From Spartobacteria bacterium (GTDB lineage Bacteria; Verrucomicrobiota; Verrucomicrobiia; Chthoniobacterales; UBA6821): a DNA stretch of 64,000 nt. A program made the translations under genes and the position numbers. The stretch's first letter is position 1. The number at the start of each line of letters is the position of its first letter. The DNA is taken from positions 75,576 through 139,575 of the forward strand of contig CANKWU010000001.1 of assembly GCA_947487385.1 (NCBI GenBank), written 5' to 3'. This document shows positions 46,923 through 56,878 of this stretch, in pieces. The notes below the pieces were generated by a model, which saw nothing but the letters and a program-made list of their open reading frames with translations, did not search any database and was not told the DNA's origin.

Positions 46923-48287
46923 CTATTCCTTCACCGAGGGAACGCCATCCTTGAGGAATTTCTCAAGGAATCCCGTATGGTATTTTCCCTTACGGAAGTC
47001 GGCGTTCTGCATGATTGCGCGGTGAAGCGGGATCGTGGTCTTAATGCCGATGACCTGGTACTCGCCGAGGGCCCTTGACATGCGGGCGATCGCAGCCTCG
47101 CGTGTGGATGCCGTCGCGATCATCTTGGAGATCATCGAGTCATAGTTTGGAGGGATCGGATAGCCCGCGTAGGCATGCGAGTCGATGCGGAGACCGCGAC
47201 CACCCGGTGCGTAGTAGGCCTCAATTTTTCCGGCACAGGGCATGAAGTTCTTTTCCGGATCCTCGGCATTGATCCGACACTCGATTGAGTGAAGGCGTGG
47301 CTTGGCATTGACCAGATGCTCGGAGAGGTGCTCTCCGAAAGCCACCTGAAGCTGCTGCTTGACGAGGTCCACGCCATAGACTTCTTCGGTCACTGGATGC
47401 TCCACCTGGATGCGTGTGTTCATCTCCATGAAGTAGAAGTTGAGGTCGTCGTCGACAAGATACTCTATGGTGCCCGCATTGTAGTAGCCGACGGTCTTGC
47501 AGAGATTCACGGAGGCCTTACCCATCCGTTTGCGCAGATCCTCGGTCATGAGCGGCGAGGGGCACTCCTCGAGGATCTTCTGGTTACGACGTTGCAGGGA
47601 GCAATCGCGCTCGCCGAGATGGACGATCTTTCCATGCTTGTCACCGAAGACCTGGAACTCAATGTGGTGAGGGTTTACGATCAGCTTCTCAATGTAGACA
47701 TCGGGATTGCCGAAGGCCTTATCGGCCTCCATGCGTGCGCTGTGGAATCCCTGGACGAGGCTCTCCTCATCATGGGCCATGCGCATGCCGCGTCCCCCAC
47801 CGCCAGCCACCGCTTTAATCATGACGGGGTAGCCGATTTGCAGGGCAACCTTGATCGCTTCCTTCTCATCCGGGACTACGCCGTCGCTACCAGGGGAAAT
47901 AGGGACGCCTGCCTTCTTTGCACACTCTCTAGCACTGTTTTTATCACCCATGAGTCGGATCGACTCCGGGGAGGGACCGACGAAGGTGATGTTCGCCGAT
48001 GCGCAGATCTCCGCGAAATGGGCGTTCTCGGCCAAGAATCCGTACCCTGGATGGATGGCATCGACATCGGCAATCTCCGCTGCACTGATGATCCGATCGA
48101 TTCTCAAATAGCTCTCGCTGCCGGGGGCTGGCCCGATGCAGATCGCCTCGTCCGCCAACTGGACGTGCAGGGAATGAATGTCAGGCTCGGAATAGACTGC
48201 TACGGTACTAATTCCCAGCTCCTTGCAGGCGCGGATGATCCGCAGGGCGATTTCGCCGCGATTGGCAATGAGGACTTTCTTGAACAT
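46923..48287 (-). CDS. accC: acetyl-CoA carboxylase, biotin carboxylase subunit
   Basis: [29 protein letters not shown] and [14 protein letters not shown]. Confidence 0.97.
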   Translation of the reverse strand: MFKKVLIANRGEIALRIIRACKELGISTVAVYSEPDIHSLHVQLADEAICIGPAPGSESYLRIDRIISAAEIADVDAIHPGYGFLAENAHFAEICASANITFVGPSPESIRLMGDKNSARECAKKAGVPISPGSDGVVPDEKEAIKVALQIGYPVMIKAVAGGGGRGMRMAHDEESLVQGFHSARMEADKAFGNPDVYIEKLIVNPHHIEFQVFGDKHGKIVHLGERDCSLQRRNQKILEECPSPLMTEDLRKRMGKASVNLCKTVGYYNAGTIEYLVDDDLNFYFMEMNTRIQVEHPVTEEVYGVDLVKQQLQVAFGEHLSEHLVNAKPRLHSIECRINAEDPEKNFMPCAGKIEAYYAPGGRGLRIDSHAYAGYPIPPNYDSMISKMIATASTREAAIARMSRALGEYQVIGIKTTIPLHRAIMQNADFRKGKYHTGFLEKFLKDGVPSVKE

Positions 48288-48316
48288 AGGTTCGGTGAAC
48301 AGGTGTTCCGGTTGAC

Positions 48317-48904
48317 TTAGCTGACCCGGAAGAGGACCTGACCGAACTGGACCGGTTTGCCATTCTCGGCGACAATCTCAACAACCTTGCCAGCGATTTC
48401 CGCCTTGATCTCGTTCATGACTTTCATTGCCTCGATGATGCAGACGACAGATTCGGCATTGATGGTCTTGCCAACCTCAACGAATTCCGGCGAGTCAGGT
48501 GAGGGGGAGGAATAAAAGGTGCCGACCATTGGAGAGGTGATTTCCTTATAGTTGCTCTTGGCAGGTTCCGCTGCGGCCGGTTTCTCGGAGGTGGCTGCTG
48601 ATACAGCGGGTGCTGGATGGGCAACCGGCTGTGAATATCCTTGGTGCCCCTGAATGAGGGTGGCTCCACTCGCAGCACCGGCCGGAGTCTTCAAGGTGAT
48701 CTTGAGGTCTCCTTTTTCGAATTCCAAAACTGCCAGATCGTTTTTCTTAAGCAGATCGATCAGCGTGCGGACCTCCTGGAAATCACTACCGCTTTTTGAG
48801 ATAGCTGAATTGGCGGGCTTGACTAGGGCAGCGGATTTTTTGACGGGAGCCTTGGTCGTTGGTTTGACGGAAGTCTTCTTGGAGATCTTGGTGTTACGTG
48901 CCAT
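48317..48904 (-). CDS. accB: acetyl-CoA carboxylase biotin carboxyl carrier protein
   Basis: C-terminal biotinyl domain with the [12 protein letters not shown] motif, after an Ala/Pro-rich linker. Confidence 0.95.
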   Translation of the reverse strand: MARNTKISKKTSVKPTTKAPVKKSAALVKPANSAISKSGSDFQEVRTLIDLLKKNDLAVLEFEKGDLKITLKTPAGAASGATLIQGHQGYSQPVAHPAPAVSAATSEKPAAAEPAKSNYKEITSPMVGTFYSSPSPDSPEFVEVGKTINAESVVCIIEAMKVMNEIKAEIAGKVVEIVAENGKPVQFGQVLFRVS

Positions 48905-49002
48905 GCGTTATAGAATTGAAAAGTTGAATTGTGGGGCGATCACTCCTCCTAGGTCAAGCAAGTGATACGGCTTTACAGCGGAAGTTGTTCCGGTTTTATT
49001 AA

Positions 49003-49317
49003 ATGTCTATGTGGCTCATCATGCCTTTCCTTACAACTATTCTCGTGATCGTCTGCCTTCTGATGGTCCTCACGATCCTTATGCAGCGTCCGAAGAGCGA
49101 AGGCCTCGGGGCCGCCTTCGGAGGAGGTCTTACGGATAATCTCTTCGGTGCGCAGACCACCACGGTACTCACCAAGTTCACAGTTTGGCTTGGAGGGCTA
49201 TTCTTTTTTCTGACGCTGCTGATTTCCATCCTGCAGGTGAAATCATCTACTGCTCCCACGGCCATCCAGAAGCAGTTGATGGAGGCTCCCGCTCCGCTTT
49301 CTTCGCCAGCCAAGTAA
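49003..49317 (+). CDS. secG: preprotein translocase subunit SecG
   Basis: Two-TM protein with ..LLMVLTILMQRPKSEGLGAAFGGG...FG... at the typical position and size. Confidence 0.85.
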   Translation: MSMWLIMPFLTTILVIVCLLMVLTILMQRPKSEGLGAAFGGGLTDNLFGAQTTTVLTKFTVWLGGLFFFLTLLISILQVKSSTAPTAIQKQLMEAPAPLSSPAK

Positions 49318-49323
49318 CTTTCT

Positions 49324-50220
49324 GTGAGAACGGCCGTCCTGACCGGCCCCGTGACGGCATGGCGGAGCAAAGTATCCGCTCCTGTGGTCTTTGTTCCCAC
49401 GATGGGGGCCTTGCATGAAGGTCATGTCTCCCTGATCCGCCAAGCGAGACGGCTTGCTGACCGCAAAGGTATGAAAGGTCGTGTCGTCGTCTCGATCTTT
49501 GTGAATCCAAAGCAGTTTGGCATCAATGAGGATCTCTCGAAGTATCCACGGCCCTTTGCTGAGGATCTCGCTCTCTGCAAGAGGGAGGGGGTAGACCTTC
49601 TCTTTCATCCCACTCCCGGGGAGATGTATTCAGAGGGTAATTCTGTCGTGGTTACTGAGGGATCTCTCTCTTCAGGGCTCTGCGGTGCCTCCCGACCTGG
49701 GCATTTCGACGGTGTCTGTACTGTGGTGGCAATGCTCTTTAATATTGTCGAGCCCGCCGTCGCGGTCTTTGGGGAGAAGGATTGGCAGCAGCTCGCCGTG
49801 ATCCGTAGAATGGTCCGTGACCTGAAGATCCCCGTGAAGATTGTAGGTCATTCCACCGTGCGCGAGGAGGACGGCCTGGCCTTGAGTTCACGGAATCGCC
49901 TATTATCGCCGGAGGCCCGCCTGGTTGCCCCCCGCATTTATCAGGCCCTCCTCTCTTCTGCCATGGAGACTGAGGCGGGAGAGACCTCCGTGACCCGTCT
50001 CCTAAGGAGATTGAAGAGGGATTTGGCTGCCATTCCCGGTGCCATGATTGATTATGCGGAGATTGTGGATGAGGTTACGCTGGCGCCACTGAAAAAACTC
50101 TCCCCTCAAGTGAGGGCACGCGCCCTTGTCGCCGTTCGTTTGGGCTCTATAGGAAAAGCCACTTTGGGATCGGCCCCTGTGAGACTGATCGACAACCTCT
50201 CCCTGTCTCTCCCTTCATGA
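49324..50220 (+). CDS. panC: pantoate--beta-alanine ligase
   Basis: [19 protein letters not shown] and FGEKD.QQ motifs. GTG start. Confidence 0.93.
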   Translation: MRTAVLTGPVTAWRSKVSAPVVFVPTMGALHEGHVSLIRQARRLADRKGMKGRVVVSIFVNPKQFGINEDLSKYPRPFAEDLALCKREGVDLLFHPTPGEMYSEGNSVVVTEGSLSSGLCGASRPGHFDGVCTVVAMLFNIVEPAVAVFGEKDWQQLAVIRRMVRDLKIPVKIVGHSTVREEDGLALSSRNRLLSPEARLVAPRIYQALLSSAMETEAGETSVTRLLRRLKRDLAAIPGAMIDYAEIVDEVTLAPLKKLSPQVRARALVAVRLGSIGKATLGSAPVRLIDNLSLSLPS

Positions 50221-51812
50221 AATCATTCGATTACATCGTCATCGGCAGTGGTATTGCCGGACTCACCTTCTCCATAAAAGCTGCTGAGAAAGGATCGGTC
50301 GCCATCGTCACCAAGAAGTCGCGGGCCGATTCCAACACTGCCTGGGCGCAGGGGGGCATCGCCTGCGTGACCAGTAGCGAGGACTCTGTCGCACTCCATG
50401 TCCGCGACACCATCATCGCCGGAGATGGTCTCTGCAATGAAGAGGTCGTGCGCAGTATCGTGAGCGAGGGACCTGAGAGGATCGCCGAACTTGTGGCTCT
50501 CGGCATGCACTTTGACGAGCGCACCACACCGGAGGGGATCAGGGAACCCGACCTCGGGCGCGAAGGGGGCCACTCCAAGCGCCGAATCCTCCATGCCAAG
50601 GATGCGACGGGATTTGAGATTGAGAAGACCCTTCTGGAAGCAGTTGCTGCCCATTCCAATATCACCTTGCTGGAGAACCACATGGCCGTTGACCTGATCA
50701 CCACGGGCAAGCTTGGCTATGCCATGCAGGATAGCTGCGTCGGCCTCTATGTTCTGAACGAGGCCACGGGCGAGGTGGAGACACTCCGCTCCGATGTGAC
50801 TATCCTGGCAACCGGGGGGTGTGGCCGCGTCTACCTCTACACGACCAATCCCGACATCGCCACAGGAGACGGAGTTGCCATGGCCTGGCGAGCGGGAGCA
50901 GCGATCACGAACATGGAGTTCATGCAGTTCCACCCGACTTGCCTCTATCATCCCAAGGCCAAATCCTTTCTTATTACTGAGGCAGTACGGGGGGAGGGGG
51001 GGATTCTTACCGACGGGAAGGGGTGTCGCTTCATGGAGAAGTACGACCAGCGCCTTGAGCTTGCTCCTCGTGACATCGTTGCGAGGGCCATCGACGCCGA
51101 GATGAAGCGCACCGGCAAGCCCTGCGTATTCCTCGATATTTCCCATAAGCCCGCGGAGTTTATCCGTGAGCGTTTTCCAACAATTTATGAGACTTGTCTT
51201 GGTCTTGGGATCGATATCACCAGTCAGCCGATCCCGGTCGTCCCTGCGGCTCATTACCAGTGCGGTGGAGTGAAGACCGACATGAACGGCGAGACCACGC
51301 TGCGCGGACTCCATGCCGTGGGTGAGGCGGCTAGCACGGGGCTGCACGGGGCGAACCGATTAGCCAGCAACTCCTTGTTGGAGGCACTTGTCATGGCCCA
51401 TCGGGCTGAGGCCAAGGCGAGCCGGAACCATCACCATCAGGGAACAGAAATCAGCCTCCCCGAGTGGCGTCCTGGGAAGGTCCAGGATGTCGACGAACTC
51501 GTTGTGATTTATCACAATTGGGACGAGATTCGCCGACTGATGTGGGATTACGTCGGCATCGTCCGCACCGACAAGCGGCTCCAGCGGGCAGCCACCCGCT
51601 TGCGTAATCTGCAGACCGAGATCCAGGAGTTCTACTGGAACTTCAAAATCACCGCCGACCTTCTCGAACTCCGCAATCTCGCCACGGCCGCATCCCTCAT
51701 CGTCGACTGCGCCATTAGCAGGAGGGAGAGTCGAGGGCTTCATTACACTCTCGACTATCCGACTCATGATGATGCGAAGTTTTTGCACGACACTGTGATC
51801 CGTCGGATCTGA
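50217..51812 (+). CDS. nadB: L-aspartate oxidase
   Basis: [12 protein letters not shown], ..TAWAQGGIA.., ..HPTC.. and ..[15 protein letters not shown]... The ATG overlaps the panC TGA. Confidence 0.95.
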   Translation: MKSFDYIVIGSGIAGLTFSIKAAEKGSVAIVTKKSRADSNTAWAQGGIACVTSSEDSVALHVRDTIIAGDGLCNEEVVRSIVSEGPERIAELVALGMHFDERTTPEGIREPDLGREGGHSKRRILHAKDATGFEIEKTLLEAVAAHSNITLLENHMAVDLITTGKLGYAMQDSCVGLYVLNEATGEVETLRSDVTILATGGCGRVYLYTTNPDIATGDGVAMAWRAGAAITNMEFMQFHPTCLYHPKAKSFLITEAVRGEGGILTDGKGCRFMEKYDQRLELAPRDIVARAIDAEMKRTGKPCVFLDISHKPAEFIRERFPTIYETCLGLGIDITSQPIPVVPAAHYQCGGVKTDMNGETTLRGLHAVGEAASTGLHGANRLASNSLLEALVMAHRAEAKASRNHHHQGTEISLPEWRPGKVQDVDELVVIYHNWDEIRRLMWDYVGIVRTDKRLQRAATRLRNLQTEIQEFYWNFKITADLLELRNLATAASLIVDCAISRRESRGLHYTLDYPTHDDAKFLHDTVIRRI

Positions 51813-51934
51813 CAAGTCTTCCATGAGCATGATCTCCTCGCTCCTGCATGTCGGTTGAATGGGGATAACAGGAAGTCGAAATTGTGACGGGGAGAGGCTT
51901 GCAAACCCTACAAAATCGGTATTAGTTGTGCCTC

Positions 51935-52666
51935 ATGACTCCTGAAGAAGCCCAACTCATCATCGGACTCCACGATCGTCTCGACCAAGTCCCTAGTCAG
52001 TCCCTCGACTCGGAGGCTGAGCGCCTTATCTCCAGCAGGGTTAGCGCCAACCCGCATGCTCCCTACCTTCTCACCCAGAGTTTATTGGTTCTCCAGCAGG
52101 CCCTGACCGGAGCCCAAACCCGTATTGCCGACTTGGAAAAGCAACTTGCCAAGGCTAAATCGCAGACACAACAGGGAGGCGGCAGTTTCCTTTCCGGAGT
52201 GGCGAATCTCTTTGGAACTTCTCAGCCAGCTGCCCCCGCTCGCCAGCTTGCCCCTGTTCTCCCAGTCACTCCTCCTCCAATCCCCCAGCAGCCTGTGGCT
52301 ACTGCCGCGCCCCCCTCTCAGCGAGGAAGCTTTCTTCAGAATGCCCTAGGAACGGCAGCCGGCGTGGCCGGTGGTGCGTTGCTCTTCCAGGGAATCGAGA
52401 ACCTGATGGGCCACAATGCCGGATCAATGGGTGGCATGAGTGGAGTGGGTGGCATGGGAACCTCCTCCGGTGGATTCCTTGGTCAGAATCAGCCCACCGA
52501 GGTCATCAATAACTATTATGAGAATCCCTCCAATCCCTCCCAGGGCAATTCCGGCTTGGATAACTCCGACGACCCGCTGGTTGCTGACAATAACAATAAC
52601 TTAGCCGACTTTGATCAGGATCAGGATATGGATTTCTCTGGGGGAGACGACTCCTTCTTCAGTTAA
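51935..52666 (+). CDS. DUF2076 family protein
   Basis: MTPEEAQLI..L..R.....Q..D.EAE.LI... followed by a coiled coil and then a Gly/Pro/Asn-rich acidic tail. Start set to the ATG at 51935. Confidence 0.6.
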   Translation: MTPEEAQLIIGLHDRLDQVPSQSLDSEAERLISSRVSANPHAPYLLTQSLLVLQQALTGAQTRIADLEKQLAKAKSQTQQGGGSFLSGVANLFGTSQPAAPARQLAPVLPVTPPPIPQQPVATAAPPSQRGSFLQNALGTAAGVAGGALLFQGIENLMGHNAGSMGGMSGVGGMGTSSGGFLGQNQPTEVINNYYENPSNPSQGNSGLDNSDDPLVADNNNNLADFDQDQDMDFSGGDDSFFS

Positions 52667-52739
52667 CGACCCCTTTAGTTCAGCTTAACAGCTAAATAGC
52701 TTAGTACATTAAGGCAACTTAACCCGAATTCAAAAAACA

Positions 52740-53078
52740 CTATCCCGGGGGCCAAGTCATCTGACGGCCACCTATCACATGGAGATGGAGGTGAGGAACG
52801 GTTTCCCCTCCATCGGGTCCATTATTGATCACGATACGGTAGCCGCTTTCCCCGAGCCCTTCCTGACGGGCCGTTGATGCGGCGGCCGCGAAAAGAGTGC
52901 CCAACAACGCTGCATCGGAAGGCGCCGCTTCATTGATCCGGGGAATGCAGCGTTTCGGGACAATCAGAAAGTGAACTGGAGCCTGTGGGGCGATGTCGCG
53001 GAAGGCGATCCAATCATCCCCCTCGGCTAGGATCTTGGCAGGGATCACTTTCGCGGCGATCTTCTCAAAAAGTGTCAT
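52740..53078 (-). CDS. HIT family histidine triad nucleotide-binding protein
   Basis: ..AFRDI.PQAPVHFLIVPK.. and the HLHLHVIGG triad. 112 aa. Confidence 0.92.
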   Translation of the reverse strand: MTLFEKIAAKVIPAKILAEGDDWIAFRDIAPQAPVHFLIVPKRCIPRINEAAPSDAALLGTLFAAAASTARQEGLGESGYRIVINNGPDGGETVPHLHLHVIGGRQMTWPPG

Positions 53079-53115
53079 GAAAAACAGGAAGGAAAGTGAC
53101 TTTAATCTCGGTTCC

Positions 53116-53673
53116 CTAACTCAACTGGATCTCCAGAGGTTCACCCAGGCGCGATTCTCCGGCGACCTGTCCATGCTGACGGATAAATCCCACGATCTCT
53201 TCGCGGAGCCCCTGAACGCTCCGGCGCCTTCCCATGAGACGCACACATCCCGATAGATCATGGATCTCGAGCCGTGCGGCCCTGGAACTCGCAGCGCGTT
53301 GCAGCCTTTCTCCCAAGAGGCCAAAGAAGGCCAGCTCGTAGCCATCCCCAGCCTCGCGGGCCAGTTCGGTGAGAGAGAGGCTGACCGGTGGATCAGGAAG
53401 GCGGAAGTGCATTGCCACATCATGGAATCCGAGCGAATCCAGGACATGGAGAACCGCTTCCGTGAGATTCGGGATCTCCACGCTAGTGGCCTCGAAATCA
53501 CGGTGCAGATAGACTGAGACACTTTCGGCGATATGCTCGGCAAGCCACCAGCGATGATGGCCAGCCTGTTCAGCTGCACTCATGATCGATGCCGTGATCC
53601 AGCGCTTGTCGAAAGTCGTGCTCCTTCCATCGGGAAGGGACACTAGCGGCATGCCATCGAGGAGTGCGATCAT
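53116..53673 (-). CDS. hypothetical protein with a degenerate ATP-cone-like N-terminal domain
   Basis: LVSLPDGRSTTFDKRWITASIMSAAEQAG..LAEHIAESVSVYL....TSVEIPNLTEAVLHVLDSLGFHDVAMHF aligns by eye to the ATP-cone pattern V.KRDGR...F...KI...I..A...(helices)..I...V...L......A..Y. The KR of KRDG is replaced by LP. It starts 11 nt after the nrdR stop. Confidence 0.5.
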   Translation of the reverse strand: MIALLDGMPLVSLPDGRSTTFDKRWITASIMSAAEQAGHHRWWLAEHIAESVSVYLHRDFEATSVEIPNLTEAVLHVLDSLGFHDVAMHFRLPDPPVSLSLTELAREAGDGYELAFFGLLGERLQRAASSRAARLEIHDLSGCVRLMGRRRSVQGLREEIVGFIRQHGQVAGESRLGEPLEIQLS

Positions 53674-53684
53674 GAAGGGGTACG

Positions 53685-54185
53685 CTAGCTGGGAATCTTG
53701 TTGAAGAGCTCCTTCTGGTCATCGGAGAGTGGGGCGCGGCGTTCCAGAGACTGGATCTCTTCGATGAACTCTCCTATATCCTCGAAGCGCCGGTAGACCG
53801 AAGCGAAGCGCACATAGGCCACGGGATCCACCGCGTGCAGACGTTCCATAACCTTGGCTCCGATAACCTTTGTTGAAAGCTCTCGATCCTGTCCAGATTC
53901 GAGATCCGAAATGATCGAGTTGACCGATTCCTCCATGATATCTAGGGAGATTGGTCGCTTCTCGCAGGCCTTGATCAAGCTCGAGAGGAGCTTCTGCCTA
54001 TCAAACGGTTCCCGTCTCCCGTCCCGTTTCACGGCCAAGAGCTCAACTCGCTCGATCTGCTCGTACGTGGTGAAGCGACTTTCGCAGTCTAGGCATTCCC
54101 TACGACGGCGGATACTTGTGCCATCCTTCGAGAGACGGGAGTCTATGACTTTATCGTCTTGGGAGGTGCATTTGGGGCAAAGCAT
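53685..54185 (-). CDS. nrdR: transcriptional repressor NrdR
   Basis: MLCPKCTSQDDKVIDSR...DG..IRRRREC..C..RFTTYE zinc ribbon, followed by a canonical ATP-cone (VKRDGRREPFDRQKL..). Confidence 0.96.
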   Translation of the reverse strand: MLCPKCTSQDDKVIDSRLSKDGTSIRRRRECLDCESRFTTYEQIERVELLAVKRDGRREPFDRQKLLSSLIKACEKRPISLDIMEESVNSIISDLESGQDRELSTKVIGAKVMERLHAVDPVAYVRFASVYRRFEDIGEFIEEIQSLERRAPLSDDQKELFNKIPS

Positions 54186-54216
54186 TGTGTAAAAACGGGA
54201 GCCTCACTACAGTTCA

Positions 54217-54232
54217 CCACAAGATATTGTGG
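54217..54232. promoter_or_regulatory. NrdR box upstream of nrdR
   Basis: CCACAAGATATTGTGG matches 13 of 16 positions of the NrdR-box consensus acaCwAtATaTwGtgt, which I am quoting from memory. It has perfect 7-bp arms when extended to ACCACAA/TTGTGGT at 54216-54233. It lies 32-47 nt upstream of the nrdR ATG. Confidence 0.65.
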
Positions 54233-54330
54233 TTGGGAAGAAAAAACAACCAACAAGGATGTTTTTTGATGACCGTTCTTTCCAATAATTATGATATAAG
54301 AATGAGCCCTGCTATCCCACAAAAGCGTAA

Positions 54331-55245
54331 TTAGGCCGTCAGTATCGCAGCACCGAATACTCCCGCACTGTCTCCCAAACTCGGGCGCAAGATCGGGGTG
54401 AGGAAAAAATCATTGAAAAGATTTCTCTGAACGGCGGTTCGTGTTTCCTCTTCGTAAAGTAGATCAAGATTGCCAACACCACCCCCGATCACAATGGCAT
54501 CTGGATCGAGAATATTGATCACTGCGGCTAAGGCCACAGCGAATTTTTCCCGTAGTCTCTCCAAAGTGGCCTTGGCCTTCGAATCGCCTTTCTCGGCAAG
54601 TTTAGCGATTGCCGGCAGGCGGATGTCACTTTTTGCCAGGTCCCTGTAGAATCGCTCCAGGGCCGGTCCCGAAATAACTGTCTCCACGCATCCCGCACGA
54701 CCGCAGTAACAGGAGGTGATTTCGCCAGGGATCGGATTATGTCCCCACTCGCCGCAAATTCCGTGTGCACCGGTCAAGGCCCTTCCATCGACCACGATGC
54801 CTCCTCCGACTCCTGTACCGAGGATAATTCCAAAGACGGTATGGTATCCCTTGGCGACTCCAAGTGTGGCCTCTGCTAGAGCGCAGCAATTGGCATCGTT
54901 GGCAAGAGTGACCTGCGTTCCCAAGATACGAGAAAGATCTGCGGCTATAGGTTTTTCGTTGAGGCAGAGGGTATTCGAGTTCCGAAGGAGTCCGGTGGAG
55001 GGGGTTGTGACACCGGGGGTCCCGACGCCGATCCGTGCTGGACGCTTCAACCCCGAGGCCTCCTCTAGTTGGCTGATCAGACTCGAAAACTGGCCAAGGA
55101 TGTGATCATAGCCTTGGGAGGATTCGGTTGGGAGGCGGAGCCGATGGATTGTGTTTTCCGGATGGACAGGATCAATGATTGCTCCCTCGATCTTCGTACC
55201 GCCGAGATCGATACCCCAGAGTGGACGGGATGAATCATCATTCAT
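54331..55245 (-). CDS. ROK family sugar kinase (N-acetylglucosamine kinase-like)
   Basis: Start trimmed to the ATG at 55245. Motifs are GIDLGGTKIEGAI, GILGTGVGGG and the zinc motif GEWGH......C.CG..GC.E. Confidence 0.85.
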   Translation of the reverse strand: MNDDSSRPLWGIDLGGTKIEGAIIDPVHPENTIHRLRLPTESSQGYDHILGQFSSLISQLEEASGLKRPARIGVGTPGVTTPSTGLLRNSNTLCLNEKPIAADLSRILGTQVTLANDANCCALAEATLGVAKGYHTVFGIILGTGVGGGIVVDGRALTGAHGICGEWGHNPIPGEITSCYCGRAGCVETVISGPALERFYRDLAKSDIRLPAIAKLAEKGDSKAKATLERLREKFAVALAAVINILDPDAIVIGGGVGNLDLLYEEETRTAVQRNLFNDFFLTPILRPSLGDSAGVFGAAILTA

Positions 55246-55338
55246 CCGCCCATGGAAGAGGGGTTGATCCACCTGCTCAAGTCCAATCCTCCTTACAATC
55301 GTGCCCCCTTGACTCCTACGACATCGTCCCCATTCCAA

Positions 55339-56637
55339 CTACTTCCCCAACTCGATCGGCTTGTAACTCGGGGCGAGGAGATTGTTGAGGGCGAATGCAA
55401 GCAGGTAGGCAAGAGAGCAGTAGCCAAAGATCATGGCATAGCCGCTCTTGCAGGAGTCCAAGACAATTCCCGTGATCAATGGAAAAATTATCCCACCAAT
55501 CGATCCTGCCATCCCACCAACGCCGATGAGTTTGGCGATCGCCGGCTTAGGAAACATGTCGGACACTGTGGTGAAAAGAGTCGCGGACCATGCTTGGTGA
55601 GCGGCACCCGCCAGACCGATCAGTAAAACGGCCGTCCAGTCCCCGACCCAGGTAACTGTGGCAATCGGTAGAGCACAGATTGCAAAGAGGAGCATGCCGG
55701 ACTTTCTTGCGCGTGTGATGCTCCAGCCACGGGAGGCAAGGTGTCCGGTGATCCATCCTCCGGCTATACTCAGAACTGTGATAATCGAGTAGATGCTGAC
55801 CAGAAGTGTCCAACTGCTCTTGATATCTAAACCGCGGGTCTTTTTGAAAAAATCAGGCAACCAAATGAGGAAAAACCACCAGACCGGATCAGTCAGAAAT
55901 TTTGAGCTAATAAAAGACCAGGCCTCACGTTGGCGAAGAATGGATTTCCAGGAGATAGACGCCTTGTCACCATCTGACTCCCCATCCTGCTGAATTAGGG
56001 TAAGTTCGCCGGCGGAGACTCGCCTCGATTCTCTGGGGTCCGAAAAAAGAGGCCACCAGATCGCTACCCAGAGGAAGCCGGCAAAGCCTGCGATCAGAAA
56101 GGGCCAGTGCCATCCTAGCGACAAGGCAATTGCGGGGACGATCGCAGGGGCGATCATGGCCCCGGCATTGGCACCCGAATTCAGAAGACTCGTCGCAAAG
56201 GCTCGCTCATTTCTGGGGAACCATTGAGCCGTGGCCTTGATGGCTGCCGGGAAATTGCCACCCTCACCGATTCCGAGAGCGATGCGTGCCCCGAAGAAAC
56301 CGAAAATTGAGTTTACCAGGGCGTGGCCCATCGCAGCCAGACTCCAGAGACTGATCGCGAGGGTATACCCAATCTTGGTTCCATACCGATCCACAAACCA
56401 TCCGAAGAACAGGAGACTTAATGCGTAGGATGCCTGAAAGGCTGAGTTAATTGCTCCAAATTGAGTGCTGGACCAGCCGAACACGTCATCCAGCATCGGT
56501 TTGAGCAGGGAAAGAATCTGACGATCGATATAATTGATCGTAGTGGCCGCGAATAGCAGGAAGCAAATGACCCAACGGTATCTACTCGTTGGCTGCTCAG
56601 ATATTTTCATCAGGAAAGGCTCATCGTTATCACTCAA
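55339..56637 (-). CDS. MFS transporter (ACS / hexuronate-transporter-like family)
   Basis: 12-TM protein whose N-terminus YRWVICFLLFAATTINYIDRQILSLLKP is typical of ACS-family MFS. The start could instead be the ATG at 56610. Confidence 0.8.
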   Translation of the reverse strand: MSDNDEPFLMKISEQPTSRYRWVICFLLFAATTINYIDRQILSLLKPMLDDVFGWSSTQFGAINSAFQASYALSLLFFGWFVDRYGTKIGYTLAISLWSLAAMGHALVNSIFGFFGARIALGIGEGGNFPAAIKATAQWFPRNERAFATSLLNSGANAGAMIAPAIVPAIALSLGWHWPFLIAGFAGFLWVAIWWPLFSDPRESRRVSAGELTLIQQDGESDGDKASISWKSILRQREAWSFISSKFLTDPVWWFFLIWLPDFFKKTRGLDIKSSWTLLVSIYSIITVLSIAGGWITGHLASRGWSITRARKSGMLLFAICALPIATVTWVGDWTAVLLIGLAGAAHQAWSATLFTTVSDMFPKPAIAKLIGVGGMAGSIGGIIFPLITGIVLDSCKSGYAMIFGYCSLAYLLAFALNNLLAPSYKPIELGK

Positions 56638-56878
56638 AAAGGGAAGTAATCTCGCGCGGTTTTACAAGAGATCTCAGCGACCGTGGCGACGATGAGTTCG
56701 TGACCAAGGTTGTGGTATCTGTTCTCGATTTAGCGTTTCAGGAGGTTGCAGAGCATGCTGACGGTCTATTCGTCCCTACGGGAGGAGAGGATCCTTTGGA
56801 GACGGGACACCATACCCAAATCCACTCTTAATTTGCCAATGAAGCTGTTGTATTGTTAGGAGTGAATCAATTCATGAC

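Noticed and set aside
47289-48320. 343-aa plus-strand ORF antisense to accC. Similar long antisense ORFs are 50223..51347 (opposite nadB), 19590..20396 (opposite sucD), 13711..14523 (opposite the glnQ-like gene), 9064..9849 (opposite the ABC-F gene) and 5003..5725 (opposite lpxK/thrB).
   Set aside because: Each lies exactly opposite a strongly motif-supported gene. Their composition (R/G/A/D-rich, no motifs) is what a GC-biased codon third position produces on the opposite strand. They are shadow ORFs, not overlapping genes.
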